Shown: positions 32,388 through 43,771, counted from the stretch's first letter. The stretch is 64,000 nucleotides of DNA from an uncultured Mycoplasmatota bacterium (GCA_900547225.1 URFW01000006.1:4300-68299), one strand, 5' to 3'. Program-made: numbers and translations. Notes: generated by a model not told the origin, from the sequence alone.

Positions 32388-35300
32388 TTAAAACAAACTA
32401 AGCTGACTTGATTCTGGAAGCTGGTTTAGTATTCCCATCATACGCATTCTATCTGTTAAGGTTTGGGATACTTTACCTCTTACCTGGATATCTTCAACGC
32501 TAATAAATTTACTTTTTCCTCTTTCTTCTACTATTTTTTTAGCAACCGTATCACCTAGGCCATCAATTGATGCAAATGGTGGATATATCGTTGTTTCATC
32601 TTTAACTCCCCAAATGGTAGCACTACTTTTATAAAGATCAATTGGTGCAAACGAAATACCTCTTGCTGTTGCCTCTAAGCATACCTTAAGACTTTCTAGT
32701 TGTCCTAATTCTTTATTAGTAGCATCAAAGCCTTTATTTTGAATTTCTATTATTTTAGCTTTTATTGCATCATATCCTTTAATCATTACATCAACATCAA
32801 CGTCTGTTGCTTTAGAAGTTAGCCATGACGCATAAAAATATACTGGCATATGAACTTTATACCAAGCTATTCTAAAGGCTGATATAACGTATGCTGCTGC
32901 GTGAGCTTTAGGGAACATGTATTTTATCTTACCGCATGAATCTATAAACCAATCTGGTATGTTAGCCTCTACCATCGTCTTTTTATGTTCTTTCCAAGTT
33001 TCAGGATCCTTTGATGCCCTTCCTTTACGAACAAATTCCATTATCTTAAATGCCTTAATAGGTTTTACTCCGTGATACATTAAGTATACCATTATATCAT
33101 CACGACATCCTATAACATCTTTAAACGGAACGATGTTATTTTTTATTAAGTCTTGTGCGTTTCCAAGCCAAACATCAGTACCATGAGATAAACCTGATAT
33201 TTTAATTAATTCCGCAAATGTTGTAGGCTTTGTCTCTGCAACCATACCAATTGTAAAGTTAGTACCAAACTCTGGTATTCCAAGTGTTCCTGTCTTGCAC
33301 ATTATCTGTTCGTTAGTAACTCCTAGTGCCTTTGTTGACGTAAATATACTCATCGTATCTTTATCATCTAGTGGAACCTTTGTTATATCAGTATGAGTTA
33401 AATCTTGAATCATTCTAAGCTGAGTTGGGTCTGAGTGACCTAGTATATCTAGTTTAAGAACGCACTCATCAATTGCGTGATAATCAAAGTGGGTTGTTCG
33501 CCAAGCACTTGTTACGTCTTCTGCTGGAAACTGAAAAGGTGTAAAATCAAATACTTCCATATAATCTGGAATAACAACTATTCCGCCAGGATGCTGACCC
33601 GTTGTTCTTTTAACGCCCGTACATCCTAGTGCTAAACGTTCTATTTCAGCTGGTCTCATGTTTATTTCTTTATCTTCACAGTATCCTTTTACATATCCAT
33701 ATGCTGTTTTTTCTGCTACCGTACCAATTGTTCCTGCACGATATACGTTATCAGCGCCAAATAAAACTTTGGTATACGCATGAGCAGATGCTTGGTTCAA
33801 ATCACTAAAGTTAAGGTCGATATCTGGAACTTTATCTGCGTTAAAGCCTAGGAATGTTGCAAACGGCATGTCTTGCCCATCTTTGTATAAATCTTCACCG
33901 CAGCAAGGACATTTCTTATCAGGAAGGTCAAATCCTGTTGAATACTGGCTACCAAGTGCCCTTCCATCATCAAATGTAAATATGCTATGTTGACACTTTA
34001 AACATCTATAGTGTGCTGGAAGTGGATTAACTTCTGTTATACCCATCATTGTTGCAACAAATGATGAACCAACAGAACCACGGGAACCTACTAAGTAACC
34101 ATCATCGTTTGAGTGTTTAACAAGTCTTTGTGCAATTAAGTATATTGGATCAAATCCTCCACCTATAATACCACCTAGTTCCTTGCTTACTTTTTTATTT
34201 AATGAATCATCCGTTAAAGTGCCGTCACAATCGTCCCAGTTCTCTTTAAAATAACAACTTAATAGTTCTTTAACCGAGTCAAACCCTTTAACTATAACCT
34301 CATGCAAATTTCTAAACGTTTCTTCTTTTAATTTTTCATCTGTTATGTCAGGGTTGTTCTTTTTTAAATTCTCCTCACATACTTTATATACGATGTTACC
34401 ATATAGTTCCATTGCAATACGTTCTTCTATATTATATGGAAGAGGTGTACCATACCAATCTTTTGCCTTATCATATACTAAGTCCGTTACAACTCTTGGA
34501 CAATCAAGGTAAGACTTTCCATCATCTGCCTTTACCCTTGGTGAAAAAGGAATTCCATGAGTATCTATTATTACCTCTATTTCATCTACCATGTCAAGAA
34601 CCTTATTGGTGTTAGAAACAACTATTTCGTATGCTAAATCTTTTCCTAAGAAAGCAAAGTTATCAAGCATTTCATTTGTTGTTCTAAAGTGCTGACTTGG
34701 TATTTCTTTAATATCTTTTTTAGCTAGTGGATGACGTCCACCACCCGGAACCTTTTGATTAACAATTATTTGTCTATATATTTTATCTTCTCTTCTAAAG
34801 TGGTGAACATCTCCTGTTGCAACAATTATCTTACCAGCTTCTTTTGTAGCAGATACCACCTTTTTAATATGGGTTTCAAGTTCTTTTTCATCCTTAAAAT
34901 CTCCCATTTGTATTAAATGATTATAGACTTCTGGAGGCTGTACTTCAACATAATCATAAAAGTTTATTATGTTGGTTAATTCTTCTCCTTCTTTACTTCT
35001 TGCTTCTTTAAAAACTTCTGATTCATAACATCCACTTCCTATTAAAACGCCTTCTCTTAAACGTTCTACTTCACTACGCAAGATTCTAGGTGTTTTATAT
35101 AGGTAAACGGTATTAGCAAGCGATATCATTTTAAATATGTTTTTAAGTCCTTTTTTATTAACCGCAATCGCATTAAAGTGATACGTTCTACCAAACTTAT
35201 GAATTTCACCTTTAGGAACTAACCTATCTAAATCACTTATTTTTTCATAGTTTTGTGCATCTAATTTTTGTAAAAACTTATGAAAAACGTGAGCCGTTCC

Positions 35301-36983
35301 TTCAGCATCATAATCCGCTCTATGGTGAGCATCTTCTTCCCAAGGAACGTTATATCTTTTAACTAAGGCTGAAAGTCCATGTCTTGCGTATCCTTGGTCT
35401 AAGGTTCTAGATAATTCTAAAGTATCTATTACGGTGTTTTTAAACTCTCCTAAATCATATTTCTTCATTGCCATTTCAATAAAAGAAATATCAAACTTAG
35501 CATTATGAGCTACCATAGGTAAATTACCAGCCCACTCTAAAAATTCTTTTGTTACTGTTTTTTCATCATCACAGCCTGATACCATTGCATCAGTAATACA
35601 AGTAAGCTCAGTAATTTTATCCGGTATATGCCTTTTAGGATCAATTAATTTATCAAACCTATCTATTATGTCACCATGTGATATTTTAACTGCACCTATT
35701 TCTATCATTTGGTCTTCGCCCGCAGCATTAAATCCAGTTGTTTCGGTATCAAATACAACGTAAGTGTTATCCATTAAAGAATCACAAGTAGGCCTTACAA
35801 CTATGTTTACGGTATCATCAACTAGCGTAAGCTCCGTACCATATAACCCCTTAAAATGTTTACTTTTATCTTCTATTTTTTTATTGTGATTCTTAATAAG
35901 ACTATATGCTATTGGAAATGCTTGGCATCCGTTATGATCTGTTATCGCAACACCACGATATCCCATGTTAATTGCGTTTGTAACAAGTTCACACGTATGC
36001 TTACCTAAATCTAACTTAGTTATACCATCCATTTGACTCATCATTGTATGAGCGTGTAATTCTACTCTTTTTTCTTTTGCATCATCTACTACCGTCATGT
36101 CTTTTGAAGGTATTTTCATAACGTTTCTAATGTTTAATACAAGGTCTTTAGCATAAATATCTTGTTTTACATATCCATTAATTCTAAACCAACCAGACTT
36201 CATTTTTTTAGATAACATCTTAAATAAATCTGCATCTTTTGTAAAAATTTTAGCATAAATACTATCAGTATTATCACTTATTTTAAAGGTTAATATTTTA
36301 AATGCACTTCTTGATGATTCAAACTCTTCAACACCAAAAACGTAAGCTTCAACGGTAACGTCTGATTCTTCCGCAATTATATCCTTTATTTCGGTTATTG
36401 CTCCCTTTGGCTCATCACCTAAAATAACAGGATTTTCCTCCTTAGGTTTACTTTGGGTTTCCATTTTTATTTCTTCTTCTAATTCTTTTTTTACCTTTAA
36501 TCTGTTTTCTTCATTTATAAATGTTTTTATTTTTAAGTTAGGATAACCACATACCTTATAATATTTTAAAATGCTTTCTAAATGGTTATTTAATATGTTT
36601 TCTTCTGCGATATTATCGGTATCTATTATAAGAGTATCTCCTGACATCTTAACTTTTTTCTCTATAAATAACTCTTTCATAGGCTTAGTTAGAGTACTTT
36701 TTAAAATAGCTTCTTTATAGTAATTTAAACAGTCATTAAAGTTTACATTTCTAAGTACAAATTCCGATTTTATAGAACCCATTTCAGGAAAACCTTTTTT
36801 CATGTTTTTATCTATATATTCTAATACTTTGATATCTAAAGGATTATCTATTTCAATTACAAAAATGCCATTACGTCTTGTATGATCAAGTTTAAGTTTT
36901 AGTATTTTACCATTATTAAAAAACTCATAATATTCTTCTGGTAAACTAATTTTATCTAATAATAATTTCAATTTATCATGCAT
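32388..36983 (-). CDS. polC: DNA polymerase III PolC-type (PHP, OB, 3'-5' exonuclease and polymerase domains)
   Basis: DnaQ-like exo motifs (VVFDTETTG, H..ADYDAEGTA), PHP (HAHT), polymerase palm motifs. AAGGTGA RBS gives the ATG at 36983. Confidence 0.93.
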   Translation of the reverse strand: MHDKLKLLLDKISLPEEYYEFFNNGKILKLKLDHTRRNGIFVIEIDNPLDIKVLEYIDKNMKKGFPEMGSIKSEFVLRNVNFNDCLNYYKEAILKSTLTKPMKELFIEKKVKMSGDTLIIDTDNIAEENILNNHLESILKYYKVCGYPNLKIKTFINEENRLKVKKELEEEIKMETQSKPKEENPVILGDEPKGAITEIKDIIAEESDVTVEAYVFGVEEFESSRSAFKILTFKISDNTDSIYAKIFTKDADLFKMLSKKMKSGWFRINGYVKQDIYAKDLVLNIRNVMKIPSKDMTVVDDAKEKRVELHAHTMMSQMDGITKLDLGKHTCELVTNAINMGYRGVAITDHNGCQAFPIAYSLIKNHNKKIEDKSKHFKGLYGTELTLVDDTVNIVVRPTCDSLMDNTYVVFDTETTGFNAAGEDQMIEIGAVKISHGDIIDRFDKLIDPKRHIPDKITELTCITDAMVSGCDDEKTVTKEFLEWAGNLPMVAHNAKFDISFIEMAMKKYDLGEFKNTVIDTLELSRTLDQGYARHGLSALVKRYNVPWEEDAHHRADYDAEGTAHVFHKFLQKLDAQNYEKISDLDRLVPKGEIHKFGRTYHFNAIAVNKKGLKNIFKMISLANTVYLYKTPRILRSEVERLREGVLIGSGCYESEVFKEARSKEGEELTNIINFYDYVEVQPPEVYNHLIQMGDFKDEKELETHIKKVVSATKEAGKIIVATGDVHHFRREDKIYRQIIVNQKVPGGGRHPLAKKDIKEIPSQHFRTTNEMLDNFAFLGKDLAYEIVVSNTNKVLDMVDEIEVIIDTHGIPFSPRVKADDGKSYLDCPRVVTDLVYDKAKDWYGTPLPYNIEERIAMELYGNIVYKVCEENLKKNNPDITDEKLKEETFRNLHEVIVKGFDSVKELLSCYFKENWDDCDGTLTDDSLNKKVSKELGGIIGGGFDPIYLIAQRLVKHSNDDGYLVGSRGSVGSSFVATMMGITEVNPLPAHYRCLKCQHSIFTFDDGRALGSQYSTGFDLPDKKCPCCGEDLYKDGQDMPFATFLGFNADKVPDIDLNFSDLNQASAHAYTKVLFGADNVYRAGTIGTVAEKTAYGYVKGYCEDKEINMRPAEIERLALGCTGVKRTTGQHPGGIVVIPDYMEVFDFTPFQFPAEDVTSAWRTTHFDYHAIDECVLKLDILGHSDPTQLRMIQDLTHTDITKVPLDDKDTMSIFTSTKALGVTNEQIMCKTGTLGIPEFGTNFTIGMVAETKPTTFAELIKISGLSHGTDVWLGNAQDLIKNNIVPFKDVIGCRDDIMVYLMYHGVKPIKAFKIMEFVRKGRASKDPETWKEHKKTMVEANIPDWFIDSCGKIKYMFPKAHAAAYVISAFRIAWYKVHMPVYFYASWLTSKATDVDVDVMIKGYDAIKAKIIEIQNKGFDATNKELGQLESLKVCLEATARGISFAPIDLYKSSATIWGVKDETTIYPPFASIDGLGDTVAKKIVEERGKSKFISVEDIQVRGKVSQTLTDRMRMMGILNQLPESSQLSLF

Positions 36984-37055
36984 TAATATCACCTTACTTC
37001 AAACAATTAATATTATAACATTTATTATTTTTTTATCAAAGAAAAAAATAGCCTT

Positions 37056-37910
37056 TTAGCTATTTTCGTTTATTAATTTTGATAAACCTTTTATTTTATA
37101 ACCACGACTTTCTATTACGTTTGTAATAAAGTTAAATTTAGATGTATCAAATTCATCTAAGTCATATACTATCATAACACCTTTTGATAAATTCTTTTTT
37201 AAATCAGTTATGTTAGGATTAACAAGTTTTGGTGAAATAGTTAACATTTTCTTAGAAGCACATATATCTTTATAATTATCATTTTTAACCTCATTTAAGC
37301 AAAATAAAGAATCTTTAAGGGTAATACTTTCTATTAAATTGTTAGTAACACTTATCATGCTTTTAGAGTATTTATTATCATAGCCTAAATTATATATTTC
37401 AGAATTTAAATTAACCATGCTAAAAGCAGTTTCAACGTTTTTCTCTAAATATGATCCGTCTATAAAGAAGTTTACGATAACATTTGTTTTAGCAAGAAGA
37501 CTTAAAAGTTCAGATACATTAGTAGAATTATTCACTTTAAATATTATGGATACCATGTTTTTAGAAATACCATTTGTTATATAGTAATCATAAGTTTTAG
37601 TAATTGACGTATTTGGCTTTTTTTTATCATAAACTAATTTTTGTTTGTTAAAAGTGTCATCTTCTTTCATGTTTTTATATGATTTTTCTTCGTTTATAAT
37701 TAAACCTGACATACCAAGAATCATCTCATCGTCCTTTATTTTTGGTTCAACTGGTTTTACGTCATGCGCCTTTTTATATGAGATAACCTCTTTCATTAGT
37801 GGGTCATTACCTCTAGCTTCGTTAAATACTTTATCAGTATATATAAAACTAAGTAGTAAAAGAAGAAATAAACTAAATAATTTAATTGTATTTTTAAACA
37901 AAACTATCAC
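37056..37910 (-). CDS. Membrane-anchored protein, possibly a divergent polysaccharide-deacetylase-like (NodB-fold) protein
   Basis: N-terminal TM. Weak resemblance to the NodB region (IFKVNNST...VIVNFFIDGSYL), but the canonical metal-binding motifs are not evident. Confidence 0.3.
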   Translation of the reverse strand: MIVLFKNTIKLFSLFLLLLLSFIYTDKVFNEARGNDPLMKEVISYKKAHDVKPVEPKIKDDEMILGMSGLIINEEKSYKNMKEDDTFNKQKLVYDKKKPNTSITKTYDYYITNGISKNMVSIIFKVNNSTNVSELLSLLAKTNVIVNFFIDGSYLEKNVETAFSMVNLNSEIYNLGYDNKYSKSMISVTNNLIESITLKDSLFCLNEVKNDNYKDICASKKMLTISPKLVNPNITDLKKNLSKGVMIVYDLDEFDTSKFNFITNVIESRGYKIKGLSKLINENS

Positions 37911-37997
37911 CTAATTAAGCGTATGAAAAAAATAAAAAAAAAGAATTATAAAATAAATTATAATTCTAAATCTACTCTATTTTTAGGGTAAGAATTC

Positions 37998-39041
37998 TTA
38001 TTCAAAATAATTAAGCATCATAGCTTTTTTAACTTCTTTTAATGTTTCCTTTGCTTTTTGTCTTGCTTTTTCTGTACCTTTTCTTAGTATCTCATATATT
38101 TTTTCTGGATCTTTAGCAAGTTCTTCTCTTCTTTTTCTAATAGGTGCTAACTCTTCTTGCATGATATCATTTAAAAATCTTTTTATTTTCATATCTCCAA
38201 GACCACCTTTTCGGTAATGTTCTTTTAACTCATCTAAGTTTTTATACTCAGGCATAAATTTTTCAAACGAATCATCTTTGCAGAAAACATCTAAGTAAGT
38301 AAATACAACGTTACCTTCTACTTTACCTGGATCTTCTACCCTTATATGGTTTGGATCAGTATACATACTAAATACTTTTCTTTTTATTTCTTCAGCACTA
38401 TCTTTTAGGTAAATACAGTTATTTAAAGACTTACTCATTTTAGCATTACCATCTATTCCAACTAGTCTTCTTTCGTTTACGTTTTCTGGAAGAAGTGCTT
38501 CTGCTTCGACTAGTGTATCACCATAAATAGAATTAAACTTTCTAACTATTTCTCTTGCTTGTTCAAGCATTGGTAACTGGTCATCTCCAACTGGAACGAT
38601 ATTAGCCTTAAAAGCAGTTATATCTGCTGTTTGACTTACTGGATAAGTAAAGAACCCCGCTGGAATACTTTCTTCAAATCCTCTTAATTCTATTTCTTGC
38701 TTAACGGTTGGATTTCTGTGCAAGCGAGCTACACTAACTAAATTCATATAGTAAAAGGTAAGCTCAGTAAGCTCTGGAACCTCAGACTGAATAAAGTAAT
38801 TAACCTTTTCTGGGTCAATCCCGCATGCTAAATTATCAAGTGCAACTTCTATTACGTTATCCCTTACCTTTTTTGGATTATCAAAGTTATCCGTTAGCGC
38901 TTGCGCATCTGCTGCAAACAAATACATTTCATCATAATTTCCTTCGTTTTGAATTTTTACTCTGTTTTTAAGTGAGCCAACATAATGTCCTATATGTAAT
39001 GGTCCTGTTGGTCTTTCTCCTGTTAATATAATATTTCCCAT
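37998..39041 (-). CDS. trpS: Tryptophan--tRNA ligase
   Basis: Class I HIGH ([13 protein letters not shown]) and KMSKS motifs. Length and overall similarity to TrpS. Confidence 0.9.
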   Translation of the reverse strand: MGNIILTGERPTGPLHIGHYVGSLKNRVKIQNEGNYDEMYLFAADAQALTDNFDNPKKVRDNVIEVALDNLACGIDPEKVNYFIQSEVPELTELTFYYMNLVSVARLHRNPTVKQEIELRGFEESIPAGFFTYPVSQTADITAFKANIVPVGDDQLPMLEQAREIVRKFNSIYGDTLVEAEALLPENVNERRLVGIDGNAKMSKSLNNCIYLKDSAEEIKRKVFSMYTDPNHIRVEDPGKVEGNVVFTYLDVFCKDDSFEKFMPEYKNLDELKEHYRKGGLGDMKIKRFLNDIMQEELAPIRKRREELAKDPEKIYEILRKGTEKARQKAKETLKEVKKAMMLNYFE

Positions 39042-39139
39042 TATAACTTTTCCTTCCTTCTATTTATATTTTTATGTTTATTTAAATTGTTAATACACCA
39101 TCGTTTTGTAAGCATAATAAAAAGTCCCTCCTATATATT

Positions 39140-39400
39140 AAAAAAACTCTAATCCAACCATAGGATAAGAGTTATAATTCTTAAGTTTAATGCCACCTAA
39201 TACGTACTATCATACATATGTTATAAGATAACGGGTAACTTCCGTAATGCCATACTATAATTTTCCGGCATCATCTTGCAAGTCCATTTACTAAAAAGAT
39301 TATATAGCATCCCACCAAACAGCTACTCTCTTAGGATAATCAGATTCTAGCTACTACTCTTGCTAAAGCGATTTAAATATAAATATAACTAAATTATATA
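39140..39400 (-). promoter_or_regulatory. Probable T-box riboswitch leader of trpS
   Basis: On the minus strand, an AGAGA-containing stem I region, then a T-box-like sequence (TATTAGGTGGCATTA, minus-strand complement of about 39187-39204, with UGGC able to pair the tRNA-Trp GCCA end), then terminator ctcttatcc-tatggtt-ggattagag plus TTTTTTT (39140-39171). Confidence 0.5.
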
Positions 39401-39423
39401 GAAATAGTGCTATTTTGTCAACA

Positions 39424-39891
39424 TCATATAAAATACATTTTTTCGTAAGTAGCATCCTCTATTTTATCAAAATGATTTTTAATAGCATTACTCTTTGCCT
39501 TACAAATTACATCATCATTAAAGGAATATAATGATACAAAAATGGAATCACACACCTGTAAGTAAAGCTTTGGTTTACATTTCTTATAACAACTAAGGTC
39601 TGAAATATAACTCATATTAGATGTTTTATCATAAATTGCAAGTGATAAAAACACTATGTAATAATCTCCTTTTTTTATAATGCTTTCAAACTCATCTTTT
39701 GTATATATATTCTTTTTAAATAAAAAGTTGCCATTTTTATCAAACACTTCTCCACTTACCATTATGTTATCAAAAGAAGATGTAATACCATCTAGTATTT
39801 TACATAAATAATTGTCATATTTATTTTCAATTTCAAAACTAATTCCTAGCATAATAATCACCATATAAAGTATATCATAAATTCTATTCAT
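39424..39891 (-). CDS. Hypothetical protein
   Basis: 155-aa ORF, no motif recognised. Confidence 0.4.
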   Translation of the reverse strand: MNRIYDILYMVIIMLGISFEIENKYDNYLCKILDGITSSFDNIMVSGEVFDKNGNFLFKKNIYTKDEFESIIKKGDYYIVFLSLAIYDKTSNMSYISDLSCYKKCKPKLYLQVCDSIFVSLYSFNDDVICKAKSNAIKNHFDKIEDATYEKMYFI

Positions 39892-40210
39892 TAACCATTT
39901 TATCTATACCATTAAATAAATTATTCATGCCCCATTTAAATCCTTTAGCAAAACTTTTAGAAGTAAAAAGCCCAAAGTTAGATACCTTGTTTGAGTAATT
40001 CTTTTTCATATTAACCACGTAATTTTCTACCTTTATTTCTTTGCCTTCTTTAACGTCCTTTTCGAATTGTTTTACCTTCTCCTCGGTAAGTGATGCTTTT
40101 TTATTATTTAAATCTTCATAGTAACCACCCGCTTGTGCAAAATACAAAACTAAAAAGGAAAAGAATAATAACCAAATAAACCCATGAAATATCTTTTTAT
40201 AACTTATCAT
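39884..40210 (-). CDS. Hypothetical secreted/membrane-anchored small protein
   Basis: N-terminal hydrophobic segment. Overlaps the neighbouring ORFs by 4 and 8 nt. Confidence 0.4.
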   Translation of the reverse strand: MISYKKIFHGFIWLLFFSFLVLYFAQAGGYYEDLNNKKASLTEEKVKQFEKDVKEGKEIKVENYVVNMKKNYSNKVSNFGLFTSKSFAKGFKWGMNNLFNGIDKMVNE

Positions 40211-41130
40211 ATAGTTTCCCTTATGTACTTTATTATTGCATTATTAAGTACTTCTATCGTGTTTTCTACTTCTTCTTTTGTATTATCTTTTCCTCCTACC
40301 TCAACTAAAAATACGTTTTCTGATAAATCCTGATTATAAACACCATTATATCCCTTACCACCGTGATATGCTACGTTTCTTGATATAGTTGGAACGATTT
40401 CTTTAACTATGTTATTTAACCGTTCCGTATTTACCTTATTTTTCTCATAATTAGGGTTATCAGTTCCAACAACAAACAAGATTTTAGCGTAACTTTTATT
40501 TTGATAAGAAGTTGTTGTTATGCTTTTTCCAGCAGAATCCCTATGAATATCAAAAAAATATTTTAAATTAGGATTTTGCATCATCTCCTCATTTAAGTAA
40601 GTTTTTGACGCCGTATATGATTTATAGTATTTTAAATTATTATTTTCTAAAAAAACTTTCATACTCTTTTCTTCTAACGAAGCCTTATACTCGGAATTAT
40701 TTAATTTACTAGTTAAATAATTTGCAGCAGAATAAACGTCATATCCGTTATAACTTTCCGTTTGATGAGTGTTATATACGTATATTATAGGAGGACTATC
40801 AAGCGTTGATGATGAAACAGTATTTGTTTTTACATCACTATTATTACTTTTTTTAGTATCTGATTTAGTTACGTTACCCACATTTTTAATATTATCATTT
40901 AAAAGGCTTACCGGATTATTAATTATATTATCTAACACTTCCTCGCTTTCACGTGCTACATTAAATTTTATATAGTTAACATCTTCGTTTAATATCTTAT
41001 TTTTTAACTGGTTATCCTTTAAATACTTTAATATAAAAATGTATGAAAAAAAGAAAAAGAAAGTAAAAATAATAACTTTAAATTTAGATTTCCTTTTTCT
41101 TATAATTTTCCTTGATTTAAATTCTTTCAT
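40207..41130 (-). CDS. spoIIP: Stage II sporulation protein P
   Basis: IYVYNTHQTESY, FDIHRD and LVEVGG..NT.EE motifs. Position downstream of gpr. Confidence 0.8.
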   Translation of the reverse strand: MKEFKSRKIIRKRKSKFKVIIFTFFFFFSYIFILKYLKDNQLKNKILNEDVNYIKFNVARESEEVLDNIINNPVSLLNDNIKNVGNVTKSDTKKSNNSDVKTNTVSSSTLDSPPIIYVYNTHQTESYNGYDVYSAANYLTSKLNNSEYKASLEEKSMKVFLENNNLKYYKSYTASKTYLNEEMMQNPNLKYFFDIHRDSAGKSITTTSYQNKSYAKILFVVGTDNPNYEKNKVNTERLNNIVKEIVPTISRNVAYHGGKGYNGVYNQDLSENVFLVEVGGKDNTKEEVENTIEVLNNAIIKYIRETI

Positions 41131-41189
41131 AGTATCACCTACCCTCTATAAAATATCATAGATGGTGCATCTTATTTGTCGGTTTTAGG

Positions 41190-42197
41190 TTATATGTTAT
41201 GAATACTATGATTTATTCCGTAGCTTATTACGTCACTTAATTTTGAAAGTATAAAATCAACTTCTTTTGGAGTTACCATAAGATTATATCCGATAGGTGT
41301 TAAAACCTCATATAACAGCTTTTTTATTTCGTTATCGCTAAGTGCCCCTACAAGCCCTAGAAAGTTTTTTCTATCGGCAGGCGTTATTTTAGTTTCTTTA
41401 TTTAGATAATTAACTGGTCCTTTTATAAACTTATTTGATTTATCATTTATGTGGTTTTTATTATAAGCATAATTTTTAACCATATAATTAATAGTGTCTG
41501 AAACTATTGTACTCGCATCTATAACAGTTGGAATTCCGACCGATATTACCTTGGTATTAAGTGTTTCTTTTGATATTTCCTTTCTTTTGTTTCCAATACC
41601 GCTGCCTGGAGAAATTCCGTTATCTGTAACTTGAATACTTTTATTAACATTTTCTATCGATGATGAACATAAAGCATCTACTAATATTACCAAATCAGGT
41701 TTTAATACACCTACTACTCCTTTTACATAATCACTTGTTTCTATTCCAGTTTGACCTGTAACACCCGGTGCTATAGCTGCTAATTTAGATAATTTATCAT
41801 CAACGTTTATGTTCATATCGAAAAAATGATTTGTAACAATTAATTTACAAGCCACAAGTGGTCCTAGTGCGTCCGGAGTAGACTTTTCATTTCCAAGTCC
41901 TATTACAAGGGTTTTATAATCTTTGTTATATCCTATCTTTTTAAGCATCTTCTTAAATTCTCTTACAAATATATTACTAACTAAATTTCTAGCATCACTA
42001 TCCGTTACATCATCAAATAAAATAGTTAGATAATTGCCTGGCTTTTTATTAAATGGATTATCTTCATCAAGCTTCATCCAAGATATTTTAACACCATCTT
42101 CTAATGTTTCATTACTTAACTTACTAGTTTCTTCATCTAATAAATCAACTATCATATCAGTTCTCACTTCATATTTACTTAAATCTATTTTATGCAT
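41190..42197 (-). CDS. gpr: Germination protease (spore endopeptidase)
   Basis: YEVRTDM...DLVILVDAL... GPR family similarity. AAGGGTGA RBS supports the internal ATG (MHKIDL) at 42197. Confidence 0.85.
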   Translation of the reverse strand: MHKIDLSKYEVRTDMIVDLLDEETSKLSNETLEDGVKISWMKLDEDNPFNKKPGNYLTILFDDVTDSDARNLVSNIFVREFKKMLKKIGYNKDYKTLVIGLGNEKSTPDALGPLVACKLIVTNHFFDMNINVDDKLSKLAAIAPGVTGQTGIETSDYVKGVVGVLKPDLVILVDALCSSSIENVNKSIQVTDNGISPGSGIGNKRKEISKETLNTKVISVGIPTVIDASTIVSDTINYMVKNYAYNKNHINDKSNKFIKGPVNYLNKETKITPADRKNFLGLVGALSDNEIKKLLYEVLTPIGYNLMVTPKEVDFILSKLSDVISYGINHSIHNI

Positions 42198-42303
42198 TTT
42201 TTCTTCACCCTTATATATTTTTACCAAAAACAGTAATTATTATTGATTTTTTATTATTTTTTTGATAAACTATAAGAAGTTAATGACGCCAGGAGGTGAA
42301 AAA

Positions 42304-42546
42304 ATGCCAAATATTAAAAGTGCTAAGAAGAGAGTTAAGGTTACATCTACTAAACACGAATCTAACATTCCAGTTAAAGGTAGTATGAAAACTGCAGTTA
42401 AAAAGGTAGAAAAAGAAGCTACTACAGAAAATCTTAACATTGCTAACAAGAGAATCGATAAAGCACGTAACAAAGGAATTATTACTGACAATAAAGCATC
42501 TCGCTTAAAATCAAGATTAGCTAAAAAAGTAAATGAAACGAAGTAA
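42304..42546 (+). CDS. rpsT: 30S ribosomal protein S20
   Basis: MPNIKSAKKRVKV... GGAGGTGA RBS before the internal ATG. Confidence 0.9.
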   Translation: MPNIKSAKKRVKVTSTKHESNIPVKGSMKTAVKKVEKEATTENLNIANKRIDKARNKGIITDNKASRLKSRLAKKVNETK

Positions 42547-42596
42547 TTATACTTCTTTTTTTTATGCTTTATTGGTATAATAATTATGGTGATGAT

Positions 42597-43526
42597 ATGA
42601 ATATAAAAAAACTAGTTAAAGTAGCAGTTACGGTTATAATAATAGTTATATTAGGATTTTTAATAAAAGATAATTATTATCTATTAACAAATAAAATAGA
42701 ATACGTATACACAAAGTATCTTCAAGGAGATATAAGACAGAACTTAACCGATAATAAATACCGCAAAAAAGAAAATTATGGTTATGTAAAGATAAATGAA
42801 AATACTACTTTAAAAAACAAAGATGACGTTAAAAATATGATATACACATATCTAGATGCTGGTTGGGATTATTATACCGTTAAGTGTGATGCTGATTATC
42901 TAGACTGCACTAACGACATAAAAGAAATTGTTCAAAATAATACTTACTTAACCGATCTTTCAAATTTTGTTCATCCTTTTAACACGTTTGATAAAATTAA
43001 CACAACATTTGCAGCTAGTGGCAAAGTAAAACTTAAAAAGGAACCTAGATATAGCGATAGTCAAATAGATACTTTAAATAAAAAGGTAGATGAAATATAC
43101 AAAGAAAATTATGACTCTAGCAAAAACGTTTCAGAAAACATTAAAATATTTCATGATTACATAGTAAATCATACTAAGTATGACCAAAGTAACACAACCG
43201 GGTTATCTAACGTAGGTTCAAGCTCTGCTTATGGAGTTTTAATAGATGGCATTGGAATATGTAGTGGTTATAGTGATGCAATGCAACTATTTCTTGAAAA
43301 AATGAACGTTAAAAACTATCGTATATCATCTAGCACTCACGAATGGAACTTAGTCTATGTGGAAGGCGCTTGGCGTCATTTAGATTTAACCTGGGATGAT
43401 CCTATTATGAGTGATGGTTCTGATGCTTTAAAAGAAGATTACTTTTTAATTGATACAAACACACTATTATCTAAAGATGATGGAGAGCATAACTTTGATT
43501 CTTCAATATATATTGAGGCAAAATAA
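42597..43526 (+). CDS. Transglutaminase-like (Cys-His-Asp) domain protein with N-terminal TM
   Basis: GICSGYSDAMQLF...HEWNLVY...HLDLTWDD. GGTGATG RBS before the MNIKKL start. Confidence 0.65.
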   Translation: MNIKKLVKVAVTVIIIVILGFLIKDNYYLLTNKIEYVYTKYLQGDIRQNLTDNKYRKKENYGYVKINENTTLKNKDDVKNMIYTYLDAGWDYYTVKCDADYLDCTNDIKEIVQNNTYLTDLSNFVHPFNTFDKINTTFAASGKVKLKKEPRYSDSQIDTLNKKVDEIYKENYDSSKNVSENIKIFHDYIVNHTKYDQSNTTGLSNVGSSSAYGVLIDGIGICSGYSDAMQLFLEKMNVKNYRISSSTHEWNLVYVEGAWRHLDLTWDDPIMSDGSDALKEDYFLIDTNTLLSKDDGEHNFDSSIYIEAK

Positions 43527-43552
43527 AAAGGACAGTAAAAGTCCTTTTTTTA
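43527..43552. terminator. Bidirectional hairpin terminator
   Basis: aaaaggac-agtaaaa-gtccttttttt. Confidence 0.5.
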
Positions 43553-43732
43553 GTTAAATAAATTTATAATAGAAGCCTTAAGAGCGTTATAAATTTCTGG
43601 ATTAATAACAGTAAGTGTTGCAACAGATAAAAGTATTAATAAAATAATTATTATAATAATAAAACTTATGTTAGCCTCCTTCATGGTATCCTTATCTAAT
43701 TTTGAAGGTCTTCCAACTTTGCCTTTTGCCAT
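43550..43732 (-). CDS. Small membrane protein (60 aa), hypothetical
   Basis: MAKGKVGRPSKL... followed by one TM helix. Confidence 0.35.
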   Translation of the reverse strand: MAKGKVGRPSKLDKDTMKEANISFIIIIIILLILLSVATLTVINPEIYNALKASIINLFN

Positions 43733-43771
43733 TTTAACACATCTCCTATCATTAATATGATACTAAAATAA

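Noticed and set aside
42270-42491. 73-aa minus-strand ORF antisense to rpsT
   Set aside because: rpsT identity is unambiguous. The antisense frame has no RBS.
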